Source: Dehalococcoidia bacterium (GTDB lineage Bacteria > Chloroflexota > Dehalococcoidia > Dehalococcoidales > W498). Taken from it: DNA of 64,000 nucleotides. The position numbers and the translations under genes were made by a program. The notes below the pieces were generated by a model. It did not search any database. It saw only the letters and a list, made by a program, of their open reading frames with translations, and was not told the DNA's origin. The DNA lies in NCBI GenBank assembly GCA_011170285.1, contig DUEE01000014.1:42024-106023 (forward strand), given 5' to 3'. Below, one piece after another: positions 27,491 through 37,642 of this stretch; position 1 is the first letter of the stretch; the number at the start of each line of letters is the position of its first letter.

Positions 27491-28561
27491 ATGTTTGACC
27501 GGTTGGAAAGAATAGAGAAGCGTTATCAGGAGCTGGAGCAGCAGATGGCTATACCTGAGGTAGCGTCTGACCCCAAACAAGTTCAGCGCTTAGCCCAAGA
27601 AAGAGTCAGTATTGAAAGCTTGGTAACAAAGTACCGAGAATATAAAGCAACCACCAAGTCGCTAGAAGAAACAAGGAGTATGCTAGGCGATGGGCTGGAT
27701 GAAGAGATGGCGGTTTTGGTCGAGCAAGAGATAGAGAGAATGAAGTCGCAGCAGGAGCGTCTCCGTGAAGAGCTAAGGCTTGCCCTCCTGCCCAAGGATG
27801 CCAATGATGACAAGGACATCATCATGGAAATCCGGGCGGGGGTTGGTGGTGATGAAGCTGGACTGTTTGCTGCTGACCTGTTCCGTATGTATAGTCGGTA
27901 TGCTCAATCTAAGGGGTGGGAAATAGACATTATTGATGGGAGTGAAAGTGGCATTGGTGGCTTCAAGGAAATCATATTTGAAGTAAAAGGGAAAGGCGCT
28001 TTCAGCCGATTGAAGTATGAAAGAGGGGTTCACCGGGTGCAACGAGTACCAACCACTGAATCTTCGGGTAGAATTCATACCTCCACAGCTACGGTAGCTG
28101 TTCTTCCCGAGGCAGGTGAGGTGGATGTATCCATTGATCTTGATGATCTTAAAATTGACTTCTACCATAGTGGAGGGGCTGGGGGGCAGAATGTAAATAA
28201 GGTAGCCACCGCCGTCCGCATTACCCACCTGCCAACAGGCATAATAGCTATCTGCCAGGACGAGCGTTCGCAACTAAGAAACAGGACGAAGGCAATGTCC
28301 GTGCTTCGAGCCCGAATACTGGATATGGAGCAGCGCAAACAGGAAACGGAAATAAGTGAGCAGCGTCGTTCCCAAGTAGGCACTGGCGACCGTGCTGAAA
28401 AGATACGAACCTATAATTTCCCTCAATACCGTGTTTCTGATCACCGCATTGGTCTAACCCTCCATAACCTACCCCAAATCTTGGAAGGAGAGCTTGACCA
28501 ACTTATTGATGCCCTGGCTACTCAAGACCGGGCGTTGCAGTTGGAGGAGCAACTGGTGTGA
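27491..28561 (+). CDS. prfA: peptide chain release factor 1
   Basis: GGQ motif, PxT (VPTTE), RTYNFPQ. Confidence 0.97.
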   Translation: MFDRLERIEKRYQELEQQMAIPEVASDPKQVQRLAQERVSIESLVTKYREYKATTKSLEETRSMLGDGLDEEMAVLVEQEIERMKSQQERLREELRLALLPKDANDDKDIIMEIRAGVGGDEAGLFAADLFRMYSRYAQSKGWEIDIIDGSESGIGGFKEIIFEVKGKGAFSRLKYERGVHRVQRVPTTESSGRIHTSTATVAVLPEAGEVDVSIDLDDLKIDFYHSGGAGGQNVNKVATAVRITHLPTGIIAICQDERSQLRNRTKAMSVLRARILDMEQRKQETEISEQRRSQVGTGDRAEKIRTYNFPQYRVSDHRIGLTLHNLPQILEGELDQLIDALATQDRALQLEEQLV

Positions 28562-29442
28562 CCCTGAAGCAGGCTCTTAATCGAGCTAAGCGTATCCTTG
28601 CTGCCAATAGTATTGAAGATGCCTCTCTCGAGAGCGAGCTACTATTAAGGCATGCCCTTGGGATAGACCGAGTGCAACTATATACAGAGCTTAATCATGA
28701 ACTAGACCGTAAACAAGAGGCAATATTCCGGAATCTAATTAAACGCCGCCTATATGGTGAACCCACCGCCTATATCACTGGGCATCGTGAGTTCTATGGT
28801 CTTGATTTTTATATCGACTCCAATGTCCTCATCCCCCGACCGGAAAGTGAGCTATTAGTAGAAAAAGCTCTCAAATTGGCTCAGAATCACATCGTGCCTA
28901 GCATAGCTGAAATTGGAACCGGCTGTGGTGCAATTGCCATTAGCTTGGGGCTAAACTTACCCCAAGCTGAAATCTATGCCACCGACATATCAGCCTCTGC
29001 CCTTGAGGTCGCCCTATTTAATTGCCAAAAATATAGAGTGGGAAATAGGATTCATCTTCTTCACGGCGATATGCTCAAACCTCTACCTGAGCCTGTTGAC
29101 TTAATAGTAGCTAATCTCCCGTATATTAAACAATCAGAGTTGCGTCAGATGTCTTCAGCCAATTTTGAGCCGTTGCTAGCACTAAACGGAGGCTCCGACG
29201 GGCTGGAGAAGATACAGCAGCTATGCTGTCAGGTAAGTAGCAAACTTTGCCCTCGAGGTTTCTTACTTCTGGAGTTTGGGCAAGGGCAGGGTAGAGCAGT
29301 AACCGCCCTTCTGCGCAGCCTCTTCCCTTTAGCTAAGATAGAAGTAACCCCAGACCTGGGAGGAATAGACCGCATTGTGAGTTTAACCTTACCTCATACT
29401 CCCCAGCCCATTGGACTTACCTTGAGTCCTGCCTCTAGGTGA
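28558..29442 (+). CDS. prmC: release factor glutamine methyltransferase
   Basis: VLIPRPESE, GTGCG, NLPY; GTGA overlap with prfA. Confidence 0.95.
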   Translation: MTLKQALNRAKRILAANSIEDASLESELLLRHALGIDRVQLYTELNHELDRKQEAIFRNLIKRRLYGEPTAYITGHREFYGLDFYIDSNVLIPRPESELLVEKALKLAQNHIVPSIAEIGTGCGAIAISLGLNLPQAEIYATDISASALEVALFNCQKYRVGNRIHLLHGDMLKPLPEPVDLIVANLPYIKQSELRQMSSANFEPLLALNGGSDGLEKIQQLCCQVSSKLCPRGFLLLEFGQGQGRAVTALLRSLFPLAKIEVTPDLGGIDRIVSLTLPHTPQPIGLTLSPASR

Positions 29443-29507
29443 CATTTTCTCAGAACAGTTAGATGGTGACAAAATCATAGAACATTAACAACATTCACAC
29501 TCTCAAC

Positions 29508-29536
29508 TTGACAGCCCTCGCCTTAATAGTTATGAT
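29508..29536 (+). promoter_or_regulatory. sigma70 promoter of the asnB-like/ABC operon
   Basis: TTGACA-N17-TATGAT; AGAACATTAACA 17 bp upstream of the -35. Confidence 0.7.
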
Positions 29537-29632
29537 AATTCGAGGGGCATTTATCTTGCACCTTTTGTGTATTATTTGGGTTTATTTTTACTTGTCCAGG
29601 AGTAAGGATGAGCGAAACTTAAGAAGGTAATT

Positions 29633-30181
29633 ATGGCTGGAATAGCTGGGATTCAAAAAGGCAATATGAATACCTTAGAAACCATGCTAGCAAGCCTTCG
29701 GTACCGGGACTCCTATGAGACATGGACGAGCCCTACACAATATACCAAAATAGGTTGCGGTAAGCTAGAAACAGAAAGCAGACAACAACGGCAATTAAGT
29801 AGCCATGCTAATGGCAAATTTGCTATCCTCGATGGTCACCTATATAATGCACCCCCCCATAGTCTTGCTGACACAGCCCTTCTGCTCTCTTTATATGAGG
29901 AATATGGGCTTCAATTTGCAGAAAGGCTTGATGGGGGTTTTCCCTGTGCACTACCAGATTCAGGGGAACAGGTTCTGTCCCCAGACCCTCTGGGGTTGGA
30001 ACCCCTCTACTGCGGTTACCAGGGTTGGGAATTCTACTTTACTTCATGGACAAAAGCACTCACCGAGGTAGCTCAGGAGATGAAGGGATTTACGCCAAAG
30101 GTAAAAGCCCCTGATTTTGAGACTAAGGAAGAGGCAAAGAAAATCCTGGTCAATTTGCTTACCGATCAATCCGGGTTTTAA
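29633..30181 (+). pseudogene. truncated asparagine-synthetase-like gene (Ntn amidotransferase domain only)
   Basis: MAGIAGI (cf. MCGIAG), DGHLYN, RLDGGF, DPLGLEPLY; the C-terminal synthetase domain is absent. Confidence 0.7.
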
Positions 30182-30233
30182 ATATAAATTTGACTCTTTC
30201 CCCGCACCTCTAACGTAAGGAGTAAGTTCAGAA

Positions 30234-30899
30234 ATGTTAGGAGCCTGGGAATATTTAGTAAAACATCCAGAAAAGCTGGCCGGGTGGGCCCTTGAGCACC
30301 TTTGGATAATTCTTGTTGCCATTACCATAGCAATCATTCTCGGTGTAATTGTGGGAATCTATATCACCGGTAGAGGTAAGGAACACATGGCAGATACCGT
30401 GCTTTACCTGGCGGAGATAATGATGACTGTTCCCAGTCTAGCTCTCTTTGGCTTGCTTATGCTCCTTCTTACTAGTGTTGGATTGAAAGCCATCGGTTTC
30501 CTTCCGGCCGTCATTGCTCTAATTATCTACGGTCAGCTACCTATATTGCGTAATACCTATATGGCGATTCGGGGGGTTGACCCAGCGATGATTGAGGCTG
30601 GGAAGGGGATGGGAATGACCGAAAGACAACTCCTTGTCAAGGTTAAGCTTCCCCTGGCTGTTCCGGTTATTATGGCTGGCTTGAGAAATGCCATCGTGAT
30701 AATTATCGGTATTGCCGCCATTGCCGCTCTGATTGGTGCCGGAGGGCTTGGAGCCCCCATATTCCGAGGTTTGAGAAATGCTCGGATGGATTTAATTATT
30801 CTGGGGGGTGTATCGGTCTCTATTCTGGCTCTGCTGGTCGATGCCTTTATGAACCAGGTGGAGCGGTGGGTTACCCCCGAGGGACTAAAGAGGAGGTGA
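30234..30899 (+). CDS. osmoprotectant ABC transporter permease (OpuC/ProW-like)
   Basis: TVPSLALF, EAA loop EAGKGMGMT, GAGGLG. Confidence 0.9.
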   Translation: MLGAWEYLVKHPEKLAGWALEHLWIILVAITIAIILGVIVGIYITGRGKEHMADTVLYLAEIMMTVPSLALFGLLMLLLTSVGLKAIGFLPAVIALIIYGQLPILRNTYMAIRGVDPAMIEAGKGMGMTERQLLVKVKLPLAVPVIMAGLRNAIVIIIGIAAIAALIGAGGLGAPIFRGLRNARMDLIILGGVSVSILALLVDAFMNQVERWVTPEGLKRR

Positions 30900-30900
30900 G

Positions 30901-32019
30901 ATGATGATTAAGCTGGATTTGGTGACCAAGGTCTATCCTGATGGGACGGAAGCGGTAAAGGAGGTAAGCTTTGAGGTCGAGGCGGGAGAGCTCTGTGTAC
31001 TATTGGGTCCTTCGGGATGTGGTAAGACCACTACCATGAAAATGATAAACCGGCTTATCCCTATTACCGGAGGTAAGATATATATTAATGGGGGGGACAG
31101 TACCAAGATGAATGAGAATGAGCTGCGAAGGAATATAGGCTACGCCATTCAGGATATAGGGCTCTTCCCGCATATGACCGTGGGGCAGAATATAGGGACA
31201 GTTCCGTCGCTAAAAGGCTGGCCGAAAGCCGAGCGGAATAAGAGAGCTGAGGAGCTTCTAGAACTGGTAGGGATGAATTCCGGTGAGTTCATAGATAAGT
31301 ATCCTAGTGAGCTATCTGGCGGTCAGTGTCAGCGGGTGGGTGTTGCCCGAGCCTTGGGAGCTGACCCTCCGATATTACTGATGGATGAACCTTTTGGAGC
31401 TATTGACCCAATAACTAGGGTGAGATTGCAGGACGAATTTTTAAAGATACAGCAGGATATTAAAAAGACCATTATATTTGTAACCCATGATATATATGAG
31501 GCAATCAAGATGGGGGATAAGGTAGCCTTAATGAAGGAGGGGCAGTTGGTACAATATGACACACCGGCCAATCTACTTTATAGACCCAAGAACGAGTTCG
31601 TAGAGGATTTTGTTGGTGCCGACCGAGCCCTTAAAGGATTGCAATTGATACGAGTGAAGGAGGTTATGACTAGTTCTCTGCCTACAGTAAAAGCAGACGA
31701 GAAGGCGGAAGCAGCTAGAGAGCGAATGGAGCAAGAGGGGATTGATTGGCTGGTGGTAGTTAATGATGATGGAAAGTTTTTAGGATGGGTTGGCAAAGCA
31801 GAATTGGGAAAGGGAGAGTTGGTAAAGGAGGTTATGAACTCCTCGGCAATAACAGTCACGGTAAATACAGTCCTAAATGAAGCTCTCTCCCTTATGTTGA
31901 GTAGCGGGGCAAATAACCTGCCCGTAGTCAGTAAGGATAACCGATTGCAGGGAGTGTTGAGCTTCGACATTATTCGGAAGGCATTAACCGAGGTTAGCCA
32001 AAGGAGACAATCTGAGTGA
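30901..32019 (+). CDS. osmoprotectant ABC transporter ATPase with CBS pair (OpuCA-like)
   Basis: GPSGCGKTT, LSGGQ, LMDEPFGA, two CBS domains. Confidence 0.92.
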   Translation: MMIKLDLVTKVYPDGTEAVKEVSFEVEAGELCVLLGPSGCGKTTTMKMINRLIPITGGKIYINGGDSTKMNENELRRNIGYAIQDIGLFPHMTVGQNIGTVPSLKGWPKAERNKRAEELLELVGMNSGEFIDKYPSELSGGQCQRVGVARALGADPPILLMDEPFGAIDPITRVRLQDEFLKIQQDIKKTIIFVTHDIYEAIKMGDKVALMKEGQLVQYDTPANLLYRPKNEFVEDFVGADRALKGLQLIRVKEVMTSSLPTVKADEKAEAARERMEQEGIDWLVVVNDDGKFLGWVGKAELGKGELVKEVMNSSAITVTVNTVLNEALSLMLSSGANNLPVVSKDNRLQGVLSFDIIRKALTEVSQRRQSE

Positions 32020-32750
32020 GGCGTCGGGTTATCTTGATTGGACTTTTAATGCTCCTTGTTGGACTCACCATCTGGATTACCAACCTGGAGTGGATTAAGG
32101 AAGGGGTGTATAAGCCTTTTACCTGGGGCGATATAATGAGCGCTACAATATCTCACCTTGAGATGGTGGTCATAGCGGAACTTATAGCTATTTCCATTGG
32201 TGTACCCTTAGGTATTTTGGTTACTCGTCCTGGTCTTAGGAGGCTGGCAACTCCTGTAGTCGGTGGAGTTGGTGTTGGGCAGACCATTCCCAGCCTGGCG
32301 GTGATTGCCATTATGGCTCCCTTGCTCGGTTTTGGTCTTAATTCAGCAATCGTAGCCTTATTCATCTATGGACTGCTTCCTATCGTGCGCAACTCCTATG
32401 CTGGTATAAATAATATTGACTCGGCGATTGTAGAAGCCGCCAGGGGAATGGGAATGACCAGAGGTCAAATTGCTCGGAAGATAGAGCTACCCTTAGCCCT
32501 TCCCGTAATAATGACCGGGATACGAATCTCTACAGTTATTACCGTGGGGACAGCCGAGTTGGCGGTTCTGGTTGGGGGGAAGGGTTTGGGCTTAATTACA
32601 TTAACTGGAGTGTTCTCTATGCAGCCTCTAACCATTCTGCAGGGAGCAGCCCCTACCGCAGCTTTGGCCATTACCCTGGGTTTCATTCTGGAACGTATAG
32701 AGAACTCTATGACTTCACGGGGTCTTAAGGTCAAGGCTGCAATGGCTTAA
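32016..32750 (+). CDS. osmoprotectant ABC transporter permease
   Basis: QTIPSLA, EAARGMGMT, GGKGLG. Confidence 0.9.
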   Translation: MRRRVILIGLLMLLVGLTIWITNLEWIKEGVYKPFTWGDIMSATISHLEMVVIAELIAISIGVPLGILVTRPGLRRLATPVVGGVGVGQTIPSLAVIAIMAPLLGFGLNSAIVALFIYGLLPIVRNSYAGINNIDSAIVEAARGMGMTRGQIARKIELPLALPVIMTGIRISTVITVGTAELAVLVGGKGLGLITLTGVFSMQPLTILQGAAPTAALAITLGFILERIENSMTSRGLKVKAAMA

Positions 32751-32839
32751 AAGGAGGTGAGGGATATGAAATGAAATGCGATAAATTTCTCAAAGGTGGA
32801 AAGCAGTAACATTTAATTCTTTAAGGAGGTAATAAGAAG

Positions 32840-33802
32840 ATGCGTAAACTAAGTGTTACTATCCTGGCGGTAGTTTTGACCCTTGCTCTGCTCCTCCTGG
32901 GAGTGGGGTGTGGGGCACCGGCTGAGAAGGAGGTAACTGTCGGCAACAAGAACTTTACTGAGCAGTATATTATTGGTGAGATGATGAAGCAGTTGTTGGA
33001 AGACAACGGCTTCACCGTTAATTTGGAATCGGATCTTTCGTCTATGGTTCTTAGGGGAGGGATGGCAGCTGGAGACATTGACATTTGCGCTGATTATACC
33101 GGAACGGCGTGGATGGTCCACCTCGGTCACACCTATGAGGCAGGCGTTGATAACAACGAACTTTATGAACTGGTACAGGAAGAGGATGAGGTGATAGGAG
33201 GCTTCGTCTGGCTGGATCCAATGTGGAACAACAACACCTATGCTTTAGCTTCCTGGGCTGAATTCGCTGACGATAATGCTGTAGCGACTCTTTCCGATTT
33301 GGCGGCGCTTTATCAAGCCGAGGAAGGGAAGATCACTACATTTATCGATTTTGAATGGTCTACTCGCCCCGATGGTCTGCCGGCTATGGAGGAGTTCTAT
33401 GGCTTTGAAATCGCTGCGGCTTCCATCCTGACCGGAGCTCCGGGAGCTTCAGTGCTGGGTTTGGAGAACCATGACTGCGAAGTAGCCATGGTCTTCGGCA
33501 CCGATGCCAAAATCGCTGAGCATGGCTGGCATGTGTATCTTGACGATTTGTCTTTCTTCCCGCCGTATGACTTGACACCTTATGTCAGCGCCCAAGTCCT
33601 TGACGAATATCCCGAAATCGGCGATATTCTCAATGAACTGGCGGCTACTTTCCCCGGTGGAGGTGAATCTGCCACACCTGAGATAGTAGGTGAATGTCAG
33701 TCGGTATGGCAGGAGCTTAACGCTAAGGTGGATATTGATATGATGGAACCGGAAGAAGTTGCCTATGAGTATCTGGTTGAAAATGGTTTGATTGAGGGAT
33801 AA
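32840..33802 (+). CDS. osmoprotectant ABC transporter substrate-binding lipoprotein (OpuCC-like)
   Basis: Lipobox Cys24, KNFTEQ, YTGT, NNTYA, RPDG, FFPPY. Confidence 0.9.
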   Translation: MRKLSVTILAVVLTLALLLLGVGCGAPAEKEVTVGNKNFTEQYIIGEMMKQLLEDNGFTVNLESDLSSMVLRGGMAAGDIDICADYTGTAWMVHLGHTYEAGVDNNELYELVQEEDEVIGGFVWLDPMWNNNTYALASWAEFADDNAVATLSDLAALYQAEEGKITTFIDFEWSTRPDGLPAMEEFYGFEIAAASILTGAPGASVLGLENHDCEVAMVFGTDAKIAEHGWHVYLDDLSFFPPYDLTPYVSAQVLDEYPEIGDILNELAATFPGGGESATPEIVGECQSVWQELNAKVDIDMMEPEEVAYEYLVENGLIEG

Positions 33803-33881
33803 GGGTAAGCTCTCAGATTTAGAGGGCTACTATTTTAGGCGGTTCAATTTCACTCAGCCTCCATTTAAGGCTGTTCAAGGT

Positions 33882-33940
33882 GTGGCGCGGGTCTTTAGAC
33901 TTGCCCAGAGGTAAAGCTGAAGGACTGCGCCACTTTTTTT
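33882..33940 (+). terminator. long imperfect hairpin plus T7 (REP-like), probable terminator of the ABC operon
   Basis: GTGGCGCGGGTCTTTAG...CTGAAGGACTGCGCCAC followed by TTTTTTT. Confidence 0.7.
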
Positions 33941-34071
33941 AGCAATTATTCTTATGCCGGGGCTTATCAAATCAATGATTCGGGAATACCCCTAGTCATG
34001 TGTAAAATTCCCGGTGTAGGGAGGTGTTTGGCTTAATATCCGAGAACATTAACATACTTACATAGTAATTG

Positions 34072-34101
34072 TTGACAGTTAAACTTTAGCTGTGCTAAAC
34101 T
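34072..34101 (+). promoter_or_regulatory. promoter of the str/ribosomal cluster
   Basis: TTGACA-N18-(TGC)TAAACT; a second TTGACA at 34134. Confidence 0.6.
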
Positions 34102-34169
34102 TAGTGCTTAGTATTTAATAGCTCAGCTAATAGTTGACAGATTAAGACTTTTGTTTAATCTATCTACGC

Positions 34170-34203
34170 TTTAAATGGATGAGCTTTTGCTCATCCATTT
34201 AAA
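34170..34203. repeat. perfect 15-bp inverted repeat in the rpsL leader
   Basis: TTTAAATGGATGAGC-TTTT-GCTCATCCATTTAAA. Confidence 0.95.
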
Positions 34204-34234
34204 TTGTCTGAAATATAATATAGGAGGGGGTTCA

Positions 34235-34672
34235 GTGCCTACTATTAATCAGCTTGTTCGTAATGGGCGTAGTAAGGTTACCAAGAAAAGCAAGGCACCG
34301 GCACTACGTCTTAGTTATAATACTTTGAAGAATAAGATGATGCAAGGCAAGGGTTCTCCCCAGAAGCGGGGGGTTTGCCTACAGGTTAAGACAACAACGC
34401 CGAAGAAGCCCAATTCAGCGTTGCGCAAAGTAGCCAGGGTGCGGCTGACTAATGGTATAGAGGTAACTGCCTATATTCCTGGTGAGGGGCATGAGTTGCA
34501 GGAACACTCCGTGGTTTTACTTCGTGGCGGGCGAGTGAAGGATTTACCCGGTGTTCGTTATCATATTGTCCGAGGGGCACTGGATGCCAGCGGTGTAGCT
34601 AACCGCCGTCAGGGTCGTAGTAAGTACGGAGCCAAGCAAGGCAAAGACTTGACTGAGGCTGAGAGTGTCTAA
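34235..34672 (+). CDS. rpsL: 30S ribosomal protein S12
   Basis: [11 protein letters not shown] after AGGAGG; [17 protein letters not shown]. Confidence 0.97.
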   Translation: MPTINQLVRNGRSKVTKKSKAPALRLSYNTLKNKMMQGKGSPQKRGVCLQVKTTTPKKPNSALRKVARVRLTNGIEVTAYIPGEGHELQEHSVVLLRGGRVKDLPGVRYHIVRGALDASGVANRRQGRSKYGAKQGKDLTEAESV

Positions 34673-34686
34673 ATAAAGGAGGTAAA

Positions 34687-35157
34687 ATGCCGAGACGTAC
34701 CCGGGCTTTAAAAAGAGAGATACCCCCTGATGCCAAACATAACAGTGTAGTCGTGGCTAGGGTAATAAATAAAGTAATGAAGTGTGGCAAAAAGAGCACG
34801 GCAGAGAGGGTAGTATATGGTGCTCTAAACATTGTAGAACAGCAATCGCCAGAACCTGGGGTTACTGTTTTAGAACAGGCGGTAAGGAATGCCACTCCCC
34901 TGCTTGAGGTTAAGCCACGTCGTGTGGGTGGTGCAACCTATCAGGTGCCGGTGGAGGTTTGTCTCGAGCGGGGTCTTTCTTTGGCAATACGCTGGCTGAT
35001 AAAATCAGCCAGAGTCAGGGCGGGTAAATCTATGGCTGAGAAATTGGCGGTTGAACTTAGTGATGCCGCTAACAGGCAGGGGGCGGCTGTTAAGAAGCGT
35101 GAGGATACTCATAGAATGGCTGAGGCTAATAGGGCCTTCGCCCACTATAAATGGTGA
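34687..35157 (+). CDS. rpsG: 30S ribosomal protein S7
   Basis: RRVGGATYQVP, MAEANRAFAH. Confidence 0.97.
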   Translation: MPRRTRALKREIPPDAKHNSVVVARVINKVMKCGKKSTAERVVYGALNIVEQQSPEPGVTVLEQAVRNATPLLEVKPRRVGGATYQVPVEVCLERGLSLAIRWLIKSARVRAGKSMAEKLAVELSDAANRQGAAVKKREDTHRMAEANRAFAHYKW

Positions 35158-35232
35158 GGGGTTACCATTATTAATTCTAATGTTATAATGAATAGTTCCA
35201 TATCAGTAAAGTTTGAAGTAAAGGATACAACT

Positions 35233-37329
35233 ATGCCCAGGAGATTTCCTTTAGACCGGGTACGGAATATAGGTATTATCGCTCACATTGATGCTGGTAA
35301 GACCACCATCACTGAAAGGATACTATATTATACTGGTCGTACCTATAAGATTGGTGAGGTGGATGCAGGAACAGCAGTGATGGATTGGATGGAGCAGGAA
35401 AGACAGCGCGGTATCACCATTACGGCTGCGGCTACCACCTCTTATTGGCGAGACCACTGCATCAATATTATAGATACCCCGGGGCATGTGGATTTTATTG
35501 CTGAGGTAGAGCGCAGCCTTAGAGTACTGGATGGGGGAGTAGTGGTTTTTGATGCTGTGGCTGGAGTTGAGGCTCAATCAGAGGTGGTATGGCGACAAGC
35601 TGATAGATATCATGTGCCCAGAATTTGCTTTATAAATAAGATGGACCGGATTGGTGCCGATTTTAACCGCAGTCTGTCTATGATTGAAACGCGGCTCGGA
35701 GCCAAACCTCTGCCTATACAATTACCTTTAGGCAGTGAAGCCTCTTATGGGGGTATTATTGACCTCGTGGAGAATAAGGCATGGAGTTTTGATGGCAAAC
35801 CTGATTCAGAACCACTAGAGGTGGCTATCCCTGAATCAGAACAAAAAATGTGTACTAAATTTCGTCAGGGGCTAATTGAAAAATTGGCTGAATACGATGA
35901 CCAGATTATGGAAGCTTACCTTGGAGGGGGTGGTATTACTCCGGCCGAGCTAAAGCTAGCCTTAAGAAGGGTAACCCTATCTAATAAGGGGGTACCTATT
36001 CTGTGTGGCAGTGCCCTCAAGAATAAAGGTGTTCGTCCGTTGCTTGATGCTATTGTAAACTATCTGCCCTCACCTTTGGATAAACCACCAATAAGAGCAA
36101 TTGATACTAGGCTGGGGGTTGAAGTTCCTTGCCCAGCCAGGGCTGATGCCCCGTTTTCAGCACTAGCTTTTAAGGTGGTTTCTGACCCTTTTATGGGCAG
36201 GTTGGTCTATTTTAGGGTCTATTCGGGCAGAGTAAAAGCGGGGGCACAAGTATTTAACTCAACCCGTGGCAAGAGGGAACGCATTGGACGGATATTATTA
36301 ATGCATGCCAATCGCCGTGAGGAGGTAGTTGAAGCTGATACCGCAGCTATCGTAGCTACATTAGGTCTTAAGAATACCTTTACTGGTGATACCCTGTGCC
36401 ATTCCTCTCAACCCCTACTTCTTGAGTCCATTCGCTTCCCCGAGCCAGTGTTGTCTGTTGCCATTGAGCCTAAAACCAAGGCTGACCAGGACTCTATGGG
36501 AGAAGCCCTGCGCAAGCTGACTGAGGAGGACCCTACCTTTAAGGTAGATTATAATCGGGAGACGGGACAGGTTGTTATCTCAGGTATGGGCGAGCTTCAC
36601 CTGGATACCATAGTAAGCAGGTTGCTCAGTGAATTTAGGGTAGGGGCGAAGGTAGGTAAGCCACAGGTTGCGTATAAGGAAACTATTACTGTATTGGTGC
36701 GAAGTGAAAATAAATTCATTCGGCAGACTGGGGGGCGTGGTCAATATGGTCATGTCTGCCTTGAGCTTGAGCCTGTGGAGCGTGGTAACGGCTTCCACTT
36801 TGTAGACCGCGTCAAAGGTGGGGCAATACCCAAGCAATACATGCCATCCATAGAAATCGGCATTAAAGAAGCTATGGAAACTGGGGTAATACCTGGCTAT
36901 CCACTGGTTGATATTAAAGTGACTCTTTATGATGGTAGTTACCATGAGGTTGACTCCTCAGATCTAGCCTTTAAGATGGCTGCTTCAATGGCGTTAAAGG
37001 ATGGCGTGGCCAAAGCTAAGCCTGTCTTTCTAGAGCCGATAATGAAGATAGATATAGTTACACCCGGTGGATTTCTGGGTGACATAATAGATGACCTCAC
37101 TTCAAGGCGGGGGCATATCAATAGCATTGAAACCGAGGGTGAGATGTTAAGCATTTGCTCTCTGATACCCTTGGCTGAGACCTTTGGCTATGCCACCAGT
37201 CTCAGGTCATTAACCCAGGGCAGAGCCACGCATTCTATGGAGTTTCATCGGTATCAGGAGCTACCGGCTGAATTAGCCGACGAGCTTAAGGATAAAGCAA
37301 TAGGTAGAATAGGTAGAAGATATGCCTAA
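35233..37329 (+). CDS. fusA: elongation factor G
   Basis: [33 protein letters not shown]; start moved to MPRRFP at 35233. Confidence 0.97.
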   Translation: MPRRFPLDRVRNIGIIAHIDAGKTTITERILYYTGRTYKIGEVDAGTAVMDWMEQERQRGITITAAATTSYWRDHCINIIDTPGHVDFIAEVERSLRVLDGGVVVFDAVAGVEAQSEVVWRQADRYHVPRICFINKMDRIGADFNRSLSMIETRLGAKPLPIQLPLGSEASYGGIIDLVENKAWSFDGKPDSEPLEVAIPESEQKMCTKFRQGLIEKLAEYDDQIMEAYLGGGGITPAELKLALRRVTLSNKGVPILCGSALKNKGVRPLLDAIVNYLPSPLDKPPIRAIDTRLGVEVPCPARADAPFSALAFKVVSDPFMGRLVYFRVYSGRVKAGAQVFNSTRGKRERIGRILLMHANRREEVVEADTAAIVATLGLKNTFTGDTLCHSSQPLLLESIRFPEPVLSVAIEPKTKADQDSMGEALRKLTEEDPTFKVDYNRETGQVVISGMGELHLDTIVSRLLSEFRVGAKVGKPQVAYKETITVLVRSENKFIRQTGGRGQYGHVCLELEPVERGNGFHFVDRVKGGAIPKQYMPSIEIGIKEAMETGVIPGYPLVDIKVTLYDGSYHEVDSSDLAFKMAASMALKDGVAKAKPVFLEPIMKIDIVTPGGFLGDIIDDLTSRRGHINSIETEGEMLSICSLIPLAETFGYATSLRSLTQGRATHSMEFHRYQELPAELADELKDKAIGRIGRRYA

Positions 37330-37630
37330 ACAGAAGATTCGTATCAAAATAAAGGGATATGACCACAAGATAGTTGACCGCTCTGCTCAGCAGATTGTAG
37401 AAGCGGTGGAGAGTACCGGGGCAGTTGTTTCCGGACCGGTGCCCCTGCCTACCCGTATTCGGAAATTCACTGTTATCCGTTCCCCGTTCATAGATAAGGA
37501 CTCACGGGAACAGTTTGAAATTCGGACTCATAAGCGCCTTATTGATATTATAGATACAACTTCTAAAACAATAGACATCTTATCTAGGCTGAATCTACCA
37601 TCAGGGGTTGAGATAGATATTAAGTTATAG
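37322..37630 (+). CDS. rpsJ: 30S ribosomal protein S10
   Basis: [21 protein letters not shown]. Confidence 0.97.
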   Translation: MPKQKIRIKIKGYDHKIVDRSAQQIVEAVESTGAVVSGPVPLPTRIRKFTVIRSPFIDKDSREQFEIRTHKRLIDIIDTTSKTIDILSRLNLPSGVEIDIKL

Positions 37631-37642
37631 AAGGCTAAAGAT

